Source of the DNA: Gracilinanus agilis
Taxonomy: Eukaryota
Direction of reading: 5' to 3'
DNA: 64,000 nucleotides
Assembly: GCF_016433145.1 (NCBI RefSeq)
Contig: NC_058134.1
Span: 55,923,306-55,987,305 of the forward strand
Part shown: positions 51,921 through 64,000 of the stretch, one piece after another
Numbering within the stretch: the stretch's first letter is position 1
How the letters are laid out: each line of letters begins with the position of its first letter
Notes under the pieces: generated by a model
What the model was told of the DNA's origin: nothing
The model's input: the letters and a program-made list of their open reading frames with translations, nothing else
Databases searched by the model: none
Position numbers and translations under genes: made by a program

Positions 51921-52226
51921 AGAGCTAGGCTATCAACAGTCCTAAGTTTTAAGAAAATACCTTTAGTGGCTGAGTGGAGTATGAATGGGAATGGGGAGAG
52001 ATTTGAGGTAGACTGTAATTTCAATAATGCAGCTGTGAGGTGATGAGGGCCTGCAATGCCAGAGGAGAGAAGGGGGCATATTCAAGAGAAGTGGCAGAGG
52101 TGAAATCAGTAGATCTTGGCAACAGCTTGGATATGGGAGTGAAATACTGACGAAGCTAACTTATAGGATTTTAAGTCAAGAGTTGGAAGGAACTCTATAG
52201 AGCTTGCAGTCTAACCCATCATTTTA

Positions 52227-52422
52227 TTTTTAAACCTTTACCTTCCATCTTAGAATCAATACAATGCATTGGTTCTAAAGCAGAAGTGCAATAAGGGCTA
52301 GTAAATGGGGGTCAAGTGACTTGCCCAAGGTCACACAGCTAGGAAGTGTCTGAGGTCAAATTTGAACCCAGGACCTTCCATCTCTAGGTTTGGTTCTTTA
52401 TTCTCTGAGGTACCTAGTCGCC
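52227..52422 (-). mobile_element. SINE-1_MD-like SINE
   Basis: tttttaaacctttaccttccatcttagaatc...gaggtacctagtcgcc. Confidence 0.88.
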
Positions 52423-54399
52423 TCTGCCAATTCTTCATTTTTAAAATCAGGGAACTGAGGCTCAAGGGGATTAAGAGACTGAAGTCACATAGGTAGTGAG
52501 CATCTGAGCTAATAAAACATGCACTCAAATCTTCTGCCTCCTGAACTGGTGCTCACAAGATCCTTTCACCCAGCAATCAGATTCACACATGGACCCCAAA
52601 AGCAGCCTTATTGCAAGGCTTCAGAGGATGTGGAATCAGCCTCCCCACCCCACTCCAACTCTGACTACTCATAAATTGTAACTTGAAAGAGTCACCGCAG
52701 CTTCGAAAGGTGTCTAAATTGTAACCAGAAAGTAGCTTCAGCACTTGCAGAAACTGAATTCTTTAAAGACTGTGTGGCAAATATGTGAATAATTATTCAT
52801 TTGTTTTGTCAGGATAGAAATGGAAATGAGAGGGCAAGGAAGGAAGCACATATCATCATCACATCATCTGCAGAAAAAAATTTATAGTTTGGGCATGGAG
52901 GGCTATTCCCAGACTTTCCAACTGGGCTTGGCCTTCCCATCTTTTCTGAGGATGGACTCTGCTCTTTCTCCATTTACTTGAGCTGCTTCTGGCATTGGGT
53001 CATCTCCCATTCTTTCCAGATGTCCCTATTTCTTTTCATAATTTCCTATCTTGCGTACTATATTTACTACTTTTCATTTTCCCCCTACATCAACTTTTAT
53101 GGTTTACGTGTGTGAGGCCCAGCAAATGGGTGGCCTCTGACTTCTGGGTGCCATTTTTCTTGAAGTTCTTGAGGGAGTGTGTGTGAGTAGGAGAGCATTT
53201 GTGTGTGAACAAATGTGAGTGTGACTATATGTATGTATGGGATTATGTGAGTGTATAAGTATATATGAGTGTGAATACGGTTGTTTGTGTGAGTGTGTGT
53301 ATGTGTTTAAAAACTGCTCTCAAAATACCATGAAAAGGAGAAGTCCCATGGAAAAAGTTTTCCTTAGAAATTCGATAATAAATAGAATTTTTTTCCGTTG
53401 CAAAAATGATTCATTCTCATTTAGCTTTTATAGAGTGTCCCCAAAATCTTAATACAATTTTAAGCCAGCTTAAAATTACACTAAGACTTTTGGGACATTC
53501 CATATTGGAGGGAGACTATAAAAGGAAATATCCTTTCCCCCAATACAACAGTGCATTCTAAAACTCTGTACCAGGATCACAGATTTAGAGGCCAGAAGCA
53601 ACTGCAGAGACTTTCCAGAGAAATCTTTTCTGTTTACAGATTGAAAAACTGAGGCCCAGAAAACTTAAGTGAATTGTTCAAAGTAATAATAAGTGATAGA
53701 ATAGGGATTTGAACTCAATTCCTCTCACTCCCAAGTCAGAAATCTTTCTATTATACCATTCTGCATCCATGTTATATTCAGCATCCTTATACCCAGACAA
53801 TCATGCTAATTATATGCCTTGACTTCCAAAACAGGAAGCAAAGGTATTCTGAGCTATTTTGTTCCTCCAATATGATCGAACTGAAAAACTGTGTGTATAA
53901 GTAGTTAAAAGCTCCCACTCTAAGAGGAAAGTGAACTCCATATTGATCAGTGTAGTAATGACATTATTGAAGCTTATCTTGGGGAAATTAACAAGATAGG
54001 CTTTTCTGACTCCTGTTTGAAAAGTCTCATTGCACATGTTTCAGCTTCATGACCAGATGAACGTGAAAAGTGATCTTTTCATGTTAGTGAGTGGTGAGGA
54101 CATTAGGAACCAAGAGAAATCTTCTTTGGGCATTTGCAGGACAATAGAACTGCTGAGAAATGAGAAGAAGCCTCAGAGGTAGAGAAAGAAGTGGTTGTAC
54201 TCCATGGATCAAATTATTCTTCTATTGGTATATGAGTACAATATTAAATGAATATCACTTTTGTAAAAAATTCTGCTCTTAAGGATCAGCTTCCCATGGA
54301 GTCAAGAACACAAAGTATAGGCTGGGACACAGTTGCCTTCCAAACAACTTTAAATTAATGCCTCAAGTCAAGTTTTTGAAAAACAGAGACAACAAAAGA

Positions 54400-55189
54400 T
54401 TAAAAAGAGACATATTCCCAGGATAAGAGAACTAAAGAGGTCTGCAACATTGGGGTGGGTACAGTTCTGCAGAAGGGCAGGAGAACCAGAAGTAGGCCTT
54501 AGAGGTGACTACAATGCAGAAGCAGAAGTTTGGGGAGCTTTCAGCCCAGAGACTATAAGGAAGTCAGATAGCAGTCAGAAAGAGATGACAAGGAACCCTT
54601 TCCTGCCAGATGGTGTAGCTAGTGTTGATTGAGAACTCTATTGCCCATAAGGACAGTTCTTCATTGCAGTTTCAGGAAGGAGAAGAGCATTAGTATTTGC
54701 AGGAGAACAGGGGTGCTTTCTGGATAAAGATCAGAGCTCAGATCGGGGCAGTAATTACCTTATCTCTCCCATGATCACACCCACCTTGGATGTACCAGAA
54801 ACTTACAGACATCCAGAACTAACACTGAAAACAACAGCATGAAAAATCCTGATGCTTGGCACAATTCCTCCCCACCACAAGGAGAGCAGAGCCCACCTTT
54901 AACATAAAATTCAAAGTGAAGAAATAGTCTGAGAAAAAAAGCAAACAACAAAAAAGTACTTGGGCATTAAAAGCTGCTTTGGAGGCAGGGAAGAAACCAA
55001 AACATACACTTAGAAAGAGACAACAATGTGAAAATAGCTACCAAAAAAAAATCTTGAAGAAAAATGCTAATTCTACTCAATCCCAACAAGAATTCCTAGA
55101 AGACTTAAAAAAAGAGATTAGTGGTAGAGGGAAAAAATGTGAAGAGAAATAAAAGTGATGAAAAAAAGAATGAAAAAAGAATTAATAGT

Positions 55190-55239
<50 letters not shown>

Positions 55240-55660
55240 AAGGGAAAAAAACTTATAAACTAGAATTGCTCAGATGATTAAAGAAGCCCAAAAATTAACT
55301 GAAGAAAAAATTTTCTAAAAAGCAGAATAGGCCAAATGGAAAAGGAGGTATAAAATCACTGCAGAAAAGAACTTGCTAAAAAGTAGAATTAGACAAATCA
55401 GAAAAAAGAGGTACAAAAGCTCACAAAAGAAAATAATTTCTTAAAAATTAGAATTGGGCAAGCAAAAGCTAATGACTCCATGAACTATCAAGAAACAATA
55501 AAACAAAGTCAAACTAATGAAAAAATAGAACATTTGAACAATCTCATCAGGAAAAAGAAACTGACCTGGAAAATAGAATTAATTTAAAAATTGGACTACC
55601 TAGAAGCATTTCAAATCTATGAAATTATCTTAAATAGCTTCTATAAGATATTAAGGTTAG
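54400..55660 (+). mobile_element. L1 5' UTR end plus ORF1 fragment (coiled-coil repeats), containing a (CA)n tract at 55191-55237
   Basis: cagagcccacctttaacataaaattcaaagtgaagaaatag...agcaaacaacaaaaaaag (ORF1 start region). Repeated agaataggccaaatggaaaaggagg / agaattagacaaat / agaattgggcaag units; actgacctggaaaatag (TDLEN). The left boundary is uncertain. Confidence 0.8.
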
Positions 55661-55741
55661 AATTATCCAGAAAAAGAATCGGTGAGTCTTTATTTAAAAA
55701 AAAAGGAAAGCAATTATATTACTCCTAGAAGTAGTAATTAT

Positions 55742-55990
55742 GGGAGTAGTTAGGTGGTACAATGGATAAAATGGCAGGCTTAGCGATGGGAAGATCTGAT
55801 TTGAAATCTGGCCTCAAAAAATTACTAGGTATATGACCTTAGATAAGACACTAACCCTATTTGTCTCATTTTAGACATCTATAAAATGATCTAGAGAAGG
55901 AGATAGAAAACTACTCTGACATCTTTGCCAGGAAAACCCCAAATGGGATCACAAAGAATTAGAGAAACAACTCAACCAACTGAACAACAG
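55742..55990 (+). mobile_element. MAR1-type SINE
   Basis: ctagagaaggagatagaaaactactctgacatctttgccaggaaaaccccaaatggg. Confidence 0.78.
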
Positions 55991-56075
55991 CAAAACAATT
56001 CTAATAAACTTTGTTATCTGATTTCCAATTTATATTTAAGCTAATCAAACTGGAGTTCAGGGGTACGGTACAGAG

Positions 56076-56240
56076 TAGTGTTGTCAAATTCAAAAAGAGA
56101 GTTTGCAGGCCACACACTGACTTAGAAAATCATAAATTAATGTTATCTGTGTTGATTTGTACTGTATTTTTATTTATTTTGTGAAACACTTTCCATTGAT
56201 GTTTTAATCTGGTTCAGGACATAGTTCTGAGTGTGGCGAG
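56076..56240. mobile_element. Degenerate Charlie-like MITE
   Basis: gtgttgtcaaattcaaa...ggccacacactgacttagaaaa...ttttaatctggttcagg resembles a marsupial Charlie MITE as I recall it. Termini are eroded. Confidence 0.5.
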
Positions 56241-57313
56241 TTGCAATGCAACAGGGGTTGATCCTTCTGGTGTATAATATTGCCAATATTCATGACGGCA
56301 GATGTACTATCAAGAGCAACAAGTAACAACATGAGAAGTGACCAACATCTCCAAACTAAACACCAACACCCAGAATCAATATATAAAAACAACAATAACA
56401 CTGAAAAACCTCAAGTAGTCAAGGTTCATTTATAACAGGAACAAAGAAGTGGCAATACACATTATCCTCAGATAATTCACTGCAGTAGAGTATATTTATA
56501 GAGACAGATATAATGAACTGTGATCAAGAAAAATGTTAAATCTCACATCATATGTTCTATTTAAACAAACATGCAATGCATTTTAGAAGACGGGTTATAA
56601 ATTCTATAAAGATTTCCAGTAATGTGGTCTTTAACGATGTAACCTAAAAACAGTTAAGCTGTAGTTATCTGAGAAGCTCATATAAGCAAAAGATTCATTC
56701 CTCAACAATGCCAGATAAAGGGACCATATGTATGCCAAGGGAACGAAAAGTAATTTATAATCTGTGAAATAATGCTGGCTAGTGGGCTTGAGATATCCCA
56801 GATCAATATTTCTCTTGCCTAATTCCTAGTGCTGTGAAAGACAGGGAAACACTGTCTTTCCTCAAATATCTCCTGGCTAAGGTAAATACATTTAATTTCA
56901 AGATTCCTCCTAGATTCAGTTTAATTCAATTCTTTAGACACTTTCTGTGGCCCAGGAATGCTTCATGGTGCTATGGATATGAACCCAAGATAGGATCATC
57001 TCTACTTTCAAGGAGTTACTTCTTCATGGCATGCTTCAGGGTACTATAAAAATCCAGCAATGAGCAATGAACAGCCGTTTACCCAGGGAAATCTATGCTT
57101 TTTTTCTGTGCCTCAGAGATCTAAGAACTCAATCAAAGGCAACCAGACCAGATTTGACTTCTTTAGGAGTCCTATCTTGGGTTTTTCAATAGATTTAGAA
57201 TAAAGCTAGATATAAAAGAATGGAAGTAATATCAGACTAATTTAAATTGGGAGAAATGGAGATCAACAGCCCTTATAAAATTGGTTCTATATAATTGGAT
57301 AGTTTCTTACATA

Positions 57314-57545
57314 GGGCAGCTAGGTGGTCCCATGCATAGATTATTGGAACATGTGAATTCAAATCTGGATTCAGACACTTACTAGTTGTGTGACCCTGGG
57401 CAAGTCCCTTCACCCTGTTTGCTTCAGTTTTTTCATCTGTAAAATGAGCTGAAGAAGGAAAAGGCAAACCACTTTGGTATCTTTGCCAAGAAAACTCCAA
57501 ATTGGGTCATGAAGAATCAGACACAACTGAAACAACTAAATAACA
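57314..57545 (+). mobile_element. MAR1-type SINE
   Basis: gggcagctaggtgg...gctgaagaaggaaaaggcaaaccactttggtatctttgccaagaaaactccaaattgggtcatgaagaatcagacacaactgaaacaact. Confidence 0.88.
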
Positions 57546-57757
57546 AGCATCACAAGAGCTTCAAAGATGCTAATGAAAAGTATCTCTGCCTGATGGCAAG
57601 AAAGGTGATTTTTAAAGGCCAAAAAGTGGATGTAGATCTGAGCCAAGCAATACCATTTTCAAAGGGTCAAATTTCACAAAGAGGGGCCTCTGGTTTACCA
57701 TTATGACTCTTTTCCCTACGTGTTCTTTTCACGTCAGTCCTAACAAGAAGGATATAA

Positions 57758-57960
57758 GGGATGCTAGTGACTCAGTGGATGGAGTACCAGGCCTAGAGAC
57801 TGGAGGTCCTGGATTCAAATCTGCCCTCAGACACATCCTAGCTGTGTGGCCGTGGGCAAGTCACGTAACCGCAATTTCCTAGTCTTTACTGCTCTTTTGT
57901 CTTGGAACTGATACTTAGTGCTCTTTCTAAGACAGAAGGTAAGGATTAAATGAAAAGAAA
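57758..57960 (+). mobile_element. SINE-1_MD-like SINE
   Basis: gactcagtggatggagtaccaggcctagagactggaggtcctggattcaaatc...gaaggtaaggatt. Confidence 0.85.
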
Positions 57961-58789
57961 AGAAAGATTTAGCTAACTTTTAGGGAGAGAAAAAAATGTG
58001 AGGAAGCTTATTAAACAAAGAAGTCACAGTCAAGAAGGATAGAGTAAGTGAAAAGATACATTGCTCCACACAGGAAGGGAAGATCGACTAGTCATTTCTA
58101 GTTCTGGGAACCTACTTGCTAATGTACATTATACACAGATAGCTCATTAGCATTAAAATTTAATATAATTAAGCATGAACATGGATTCATCTAAAACTAT
58201 AGTCAGAGTACTTATCAACATCAGCTATTAGCAATAAATAACGTATCTCCATTGATTTTCATGAAGTCGGATTTTCTTTCTGCCACACTTTATCAGATTC
58301 CCTGACCTTCTGAAGAAGAATCTCAAGAGATGACATTAAGTTAAGCTATGGGATAAATGCGCAATTGAGAGAGAGAAAGAGAAAAGCCTCGACAGTTGAT
58401 GCAATTAAAAATGCTTAATTTGAAAATGTCTTTTCTCAGAAGTAATTGTTGGTATTTACTGGGTCATTTCTTCTAAGGATATTTTTAAAACTCTTTATTA
58501 GAATTGATAATAAATATCATGATATTCTAAGACAGAAGAATGGGAAGGGTTAGCCAATGGGGAAATAAGTGACTTGCCCATGATTATACAACTAGGAAGT
58601 TTCTGATACAGGTTTGGCACTCTATCCATTGAACCACCAAGCTGTCTCTTCAAGGTATACTATTCAGTAAGGTAGAAAAATTTAAGATCAAAGCATTTTT
58701 AGAAGTAGAGAAAAATAGAGAATGGATGATGGGATAGTGTTGCCTGGTAGAATGCATACTGGATCTAGAGTCTGAAAAGCTGAATCTTC

Positions 58790-59265
58790 ATCTTGTTGAG
58801 TCATTTCAGATGAGTCTTTGTGACCCCGCTTGGGGTCTTCTTTCTTTTTTTTTCCCTTAAACCCTTTCCTTCCATCTTAGAATCAATACTGCATATTGGT
58901 TCCAAGGCAGAAGAGTGGTAAGGGCTAGGCAATGGGGGTTAAGTGACTTGTCCAGGGTTGCACAGCTAGGAAATGTCTGAGGCCAGATTTGAACCCAGGA
59001 CCTCCCATCTCTAGGCCTGACTCTCAATCCATTGAGTCACCCAGCTGCCCCATCATTTGGAGTTTTCTTAGCAAAAGATTCTGGAGTGGTTCAAAATTTC
59101 CTTCTCCAGCTCATTTTAATGATGAAGAAACCAAGGCAAATAGGATTAAGTGGCTTGCCCAGGGTCACAGAGCTAGTAAGTATCTGAAGCTGGATTTGAA
59201 CTCATGAAGATGAGGCTTCTTGATCTAAGCCCAGTACTCTATTGACTGTTCCCCCAGCTGCCTAA
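58790..59265 (-). mobile_element. MAR1-type SINE with a nested SINE-1_MD-like SINE (~58845-59051)
   Basis: ctttgtgacccc.cttggggt | SINE-1 | ttggagttttcttagcaaaagattctggagtggtt. Confidence 0.85.
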
Positions 59266-59563
59266 TTCGTATCTTACCTTAATATAAATGAATTCTAGGG
59301 CTCTGCATTAGTTCCTGGATTTCCCTGAGTTATAGATTCTGCATGGGTAAAATAGGGATAATAATGTTTGCATTCCCTATCTCTAGATGCAACATGGCTT
59401 AGTGGGTAGTAGCGTAAGTCCTGGGTTCAAGTGCTGCCTCTGACACATAACTAGCATGTCTCAGTGCCCTCAGACAGTTGTCTAAGACTCTACATTGCCC
59501 ATGACATGCCTCCTTTCAGTGGAATACACTTACACACCAGCAATTGAAATAATTTATCTAGAC

Positions 59564-59767
59564 CAGTGATGGGCAAACTAAAGCTCACAGGCCAGATGTG
59601 GCCCTTTGAAATGTTCTATCCAGGCTGTGGGACATTATTCCTAATTTGACGAATACAATGAGTAGGATACAATACATGAAACTTCGAAAGAGTTGCCTTA
59701 GAAACAGACTAACAAATGAGCATTTCCTTTCCTTTGGCCCCCTCTTTAAAAAGTTTGCCCATCATTG
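59564..59767. mobile_element. hAT/Charlie-type MITE (204 bp)
   Basis: 16-bp TIRs CAGTGATGGGCAAACT / AGTTTGCCCATCATTG (1 mismatch) and a perfect 8-bp TSD ATCTAGAC (59556-59563 / 59768-59775) of the NTCTAGAN type. Confidence 0.93.
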
Positions 59768-60334
59768 ATCTAGACAAAGAAACCCCCAAACTGATGACAT
59801 TTTAGAGCTATTGGGTAGAGAGTGTTTTATTAGTCTTGACTCACATTTATGTAGTGTATCACCCAGTTTAATCTCCATCTTTTTTTCTTTTTCAAAATGA
59901 AAACAAAGGACTTTACATATAACCATGTACTATTGTCATGATGTATTTTGAAAAATGAAGTATATACATGTATGTATATATGTTTATATATGTGTATGTG
60001 CATATATAGATATATGTTGATTTATATATTTAATATCATATATTAACATAATATACATTATATTTTATATTGATTTTATAATGATACATTGATATTTTAT
60101 ATTGATATATTTAAATTATATACTATAATTAGTATAATAATATTATATATATATTTACAGTAGCACACTTTTTCTAGCTGAGGCTGGATTTGATTTCAGG
60201 TTTTCCTAATCCAAACTCAGAACTCTATCCATTGTGCCACCTAGCTACCTCTAATTGTTATAGTATTTTTATAGTAAGATAATCCTTTTGAGGCTTTTTT
60301 TGTGTGAGGTCATTATACTCTTGTTTTGGTTTTG

Positions 60335-60540
60335 TTGGCTGGTTGGATGTCCTTCATACTGGAAGAAGATCAAAATGACATCACTGGTGATGTTTTTTGA
60401 CTTGAGCATAAATGCACTTTAAGCAAGGTAGAGTGGCAGAGAGTCTTTGGCCTCCCTCTCTCTTCCAGTCATCAAAGTCCAGCTGCAAGACAAAAGTCAA
60501 GATGACTTCTGATGGCTGGGGACGCGATGGATGACCATTG
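60335..60540 (+). mobile_element. Marsupial RTE-related interspersed repeat fragment (family unassigned)
   Basis: gtccttcatactggaagaagatcaaaatgacatcac...ctctctcttccagtcatcaaagtccag...aagtcaagatgact resembles a common marsupial repeat as I recall it. Confidence 0.5.
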
Positions 60541-60729
60541 AATTAGACTTCAATGTCTAATTCAAGCTCTGAGCACTCCACAGCGCCCACTTCTGCTGCC
60601 TTCATAGTGACTGGAAACCAAACCAAAATGGATCCAACATTTGGACTTTGTCTGTACTTACAGGAACAAGGAAGAGTATCTGGAATCAAGCATCCCTTTC
60701 CACAAGAGGACATTATAAACACCACTTAC

Positions 60730-60853
60730 TGTTCCGACAAGGAGAGTATTCTGCATAGGCACTGAAATTCTGAATTGCTACATAGCAGGTGCCAACAGGA
60801 TCCTTTTCCCGAGTAGCTTTGAGAGTTCTCCAGTGATACAAAGGAGCGCAGGC
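60730..60853 (-). CDS. ITGA8: ITGA8 exon 4 (124 nt): [41 protein letters not shown]
   Basis: Acceptor CAG (ctg 60854-60856) and donor GTAAGT (acttac 60724-60729). Translation is near-identical to the recalled human [41 protein letters not shown]. Confidence 0.97.
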
Positions 60854-61342
60854 CTGTTAAAATATGAAAGACAGCAGGCACACTTGGATGAGGATCTAGC
60901 CACCTTGTTTCCTTATGCATGGCAACCCACAGGAAGGGAGAACACAGCTACAGTGTCAATTGAATTTACCTGATGTAAGCTTGTCTTCAGTGGTTCTCTT
61001 ACAGAATAATAAAGGCTACCTTGGAAATTTATTGTATAATCTTGACTTTCAGAATTTCTAGGGATCTCAGAGGTTACTAAGTAATATATTTATCTACTTG
61101 TTTGTTAGTTTGTTTTATTTTAGATTTTATTATTTATTATCAACATGCACTTATTAAGCACCAGTATTATGTACCAAGCATTGTGCTAGGCACTGAGGAT
61201 GCAAAGAAAGAAGACTGGAGGAGCTCACACAAATTCTTATCTGGCCTCTATCTGAAAACCTTTGGTAGGGGAGCATATTATACTCTGGGGCAGCCTGTAT
61301 AGCAGTCACACTGCAAATCTCACTGAATATTAGTTATTTTAA

Positions 61343-61526
61343 ATATAATGAAATTTTTATTATTAATTAAAATATTTTTAAAAATACAAATTTTAAAAAT
61401 ATAAATATAATATTTATTATTAATTAAAATATTTTAAAATACAAATTTTATAAATATAAATATAATATTTATTAATAATTAAAATATTTTAAAATATAAA
61501 TTTTTAAAATATGAATATAATATTTA
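61343..61526 (+). repeat. Nearly pure-AT minisatellite, 3 copies of a ~55-bp unit
   Basis: The unit tttattattaattaaaatattttaaaatacaaattttaaaaatataaatataata starts at about 61356, 61413 and 61468. Confidence 0.9.
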
Positions 61527-63344
61527 ACCCAAAGAGGTGGGATAAAATAAACAATCAACAATGCATCTACTGAAATAAATGTAAACATCATTTTAGTATT
61601 GAAGGAAAAATACCCAGGCAGATAAAAATGCCACCTAAAGCAGAGATAGCTTGTCCTGTCTCACCAAATTTGCATATGTGTGATATCATGAAAAGGGCAC
61701 CGGATTTGAGATCATTGAACCTGCATTTGAAGGTTGAACTCTTCCACTTTTTATCTGTGTGACCTCTGGCAATTTATATCACTCTTCCAGCCTCAGTGGC
61801 CTCAGGTATAAAATGAATATATTTAACTAGAGGATCCCTATGCTTTCTTTGAGATAGAGTACATCAGCCTGATTTCTTGATATGGGAATCAAGGTCCATC
61901 CCCTGTTCTGTTTTGCCTTGGTTTCCAAACACTCAGGACCAGATATTTAAAGCTGGAAAGGACCTCCAAGGTCACTGATATTTTGCTAAGCTAATTAGAG
62001 TTAAAATTATCTCATGCAAAGGGATCTAGTAGAATAGAGGCATCCTTTGATGTTGAAAACACAGTTCTATGGCTTTTTAAAAATCAGTTTAACTTGTAGA
62101 GATAATTCCCAGCTTTACTTGTTTTAAAGCTGGCATGGCGCTGTGCTCGCTGTACTTACTAAACGTCATCTAAATAATGTTCGTATCTCAGTGCTATGTA
62201 AGGTAGTTGGATATGCAAAGGATACTGTGACATTAGTAGTTTAATAAACTGTTGGAAATTCTCTTTTAAAAGCATGGTAGTTATTTAATATTTCTCACAG
62301 TGCTTCACATACAGTATGCACTTAATAAATGTGTAATTTAAGTGGATTTCCAAAAAAGTATAAGACTGTTTCAGAGGTGATCAACAAATCATCCAGTAGG
62401 ACAAGGGTTAATCTTATGTTGTGATGGAGATTCCAAGGTCAATGGAATCATTTTGAGGCTTTCCATTTCCTCGAGGGACTTTTACAGAGGAAAAAAGAGG
62501 GTTAGCTCAAAGTCTCTTGGAGAGCTTTTTAATGAGATTTGGGACACCATATTATACCTCCAAAACCTTTCTAATTCTAAGAAGTCCTACAAGATTACTG
62601 TTAATTAAATATTTAAACATCTTTATAGCAAATTCATTAATTCTTATCACATTTATATTATATTAGATCTCTATTTCTATGTGCTACTTATAAAATTCAT
62701 GGGACATTGGGGGTTCTTTGTGTGTAGCACATTTCTTCCCAATTTATTGGAACTAGAATAAATTTTATTAATTAATTTAAGTGATCACAGAAGTTTATGA
62801 TTGTTGTGCCTTTGTTTTTATGACATATTGCTGACCACATCCATCATTTATTTAAGACCAGATTTTCAGTCAATGATGCAACAAATGGCACTGCTTGTAT
62901 GGAAAAATAGGACCCATTCGCAAATGGTCTGTTTTATTCCATGGTTTCCAGAAATGCATTATGGGGTGAAAGCAATCATTCCCTTTAGATTATTTTGGCC
63001 CATGTCAAGAATTTTTCTGGACAAAATAAATGTAAATCAGAGCAGGAATAAGGAATGTTTGCCCAAACTATATTACTCGGTTCTCCAGAAACATTTTATA
63101 TTAAAAAAAAGAGAAAAGATTTATTTTAATAAAGATTTCAATAAATTTGATAAATGAAAATATTGATAGAAAATGTTTTACATAATGAAATTTATATGTG
63201 TATATATGTATATATACATACTCACACACATATATGTATTATTTTCTATATGACATAGACTCTTAGTTTTTTAATCCTGCCTGTTGGACCTAATCCTGGA
63301 TGAGTGTGTTTGCCCTTATTTAGTCAAGCATTTATTTCTAAGGA

Positions 63345-63570
63345 CGCAGAATCCTGGAACTGTAGGACTGGGAGTGAACTTGAGAAGTCATCATGTCTAT
63401 CTCCCTGCTTTAGGCAAGCTCACACTTAAAATGATTCCAGATGGATGAGGACATATCCTAATTTTAAAGACATGGTGTCCACAAAGTCTTGGTAATTCAT
63501 TCCAGTGTTTAACCAACTTCATCCTAAAAGACTTTTATATTCTAGCCTCAATCAATCATGTCAGAGTGCA
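63345..63570 (-). mobile_element. L3/CR1 3' end
   Basis: cagaatcctggaactgtaggactgggag...gtcatcatgtctatctccc...ggtaattcattccagtgtttaacc. Confidence 0.65.
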
Positions 63571-63786
63571 AATTCTCTATCGAATGGGAATCTCTAATTT
63601 CTATACTCTCAGTAAGACCTCTCCAAACACTTAGACATTATGAACCGGTGTCTTTGGTCTTTATTAGTTTACCAGGGTTATACTGAATATACACAGCCAT
63701 CCAAAATGCTGACCACAACCTGGATTGCCACTTTCGATTCAATCTAGCAAAAATTTTAAGTACCCACTGTGAACAAGGCATTGTAN

Positions 63787-64000
63787 GTTCTCTTACAGAA
63801 TAATAAAGGCTACCTTGGAAATTTATTGTATAATCTTGACTTTCAGAATTTCTAGGGATCTCAGAGGTTACTAAGTAATATATTTATCTACTTGTTTGTT
63901 AGTTTGTTTTATTTTAGATTTTATTATTTATTATCAACATGCACTTATTAAGCACCAGTATTATGTACCAAGCATTGTGCTAGGCACTGAGGATGCAAAG
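63787..64000 (+). repeat. Start of an apparently exact second copy of 60993 onward (offset 2794), after a single N at 63786
   Basis: 63787-64000 reads identically to 60993-61206 (gttctcttacagaataataaaggc...ggatgcaaag). Confidence 0.95.

Larger units (their letters stand above)
18657..60853 (-). other. ITGA8: Partial ITGA8 gene span (exons 4-13 and introns); the gene continues beyond both window ends
   Basis: Ten GT-AG exons of 124, 62, 46, 126, 45, 44, 57, 53, 206 and 192 nt splice with compatible phases (0-1-0-1-1-0-0-2-1-1) into one 955-nt open frame. It matches the integrin alpha-8 beta-propeller sequence as I recall it. Confidence 0.97.

Noticed and set aside
62801-63157. 118-aa ORF, or ITGA8 exon 3, near the right end
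   Set aside because: The ORF has a TTG start and no homology I recognise. I found no NNRKIRVNG...KGKVV-coding segment in 60854-64000, so exon 3 is presumably beyond the window.
1-64000. A novel multi-gene system, operon, CRISPR array or defence island
   Set aside because: This is eukaryotic intron-dominated DNA. I saw no regularly spaced repeat-spacer array and no unexplained long ORF. Almost all of the sequence is ITGA8 exons, recognisable repeats or ordinary unique intron.

Overview
AT-rich vertebrate genomic DNA from a marsupial, most likely a didelphid opossum. The basis is dense SINE-1_MD-like and MAR1-like SINEs plus marsupial-type L1. The only protein-coding content I can support is ten consecutive internal exons of integrin alpha-8 (ITGA8) on the minus strand, exons 4-13 by human numbering (60853 down to 18657). 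All have canonical GT..AG boundaries and join in frame to 955 nt, encoding most of the FG-GAP beta-propeller. Everything else is intron: L1, L2 and L3/CR1 relics, SINEs, hAT MITEs, one solo LTR, microsatellites, two N gaps and two single-N joins flanked by apparently exact ~2.8-3.0 kb duplications that are probably assembly artefacts. I found no evidence for a new multi-gene system. The best leads are: a TSD-bounded L1 derivative lacking almost all of ORF2 (HAL1- or spliced-L1-like, 25059-27154); a sense-oriented L1 3' end inserted just upstream of the exon 13 acceptor; a TSD-bounded solo LTR inside an L1; two hAT MITEs; and a long AG-free polypyrimidine tract before exon 12. Repeat family names and human comparisons are from memory, not from a database search, and repeat boundaries without TSDs are approximate.
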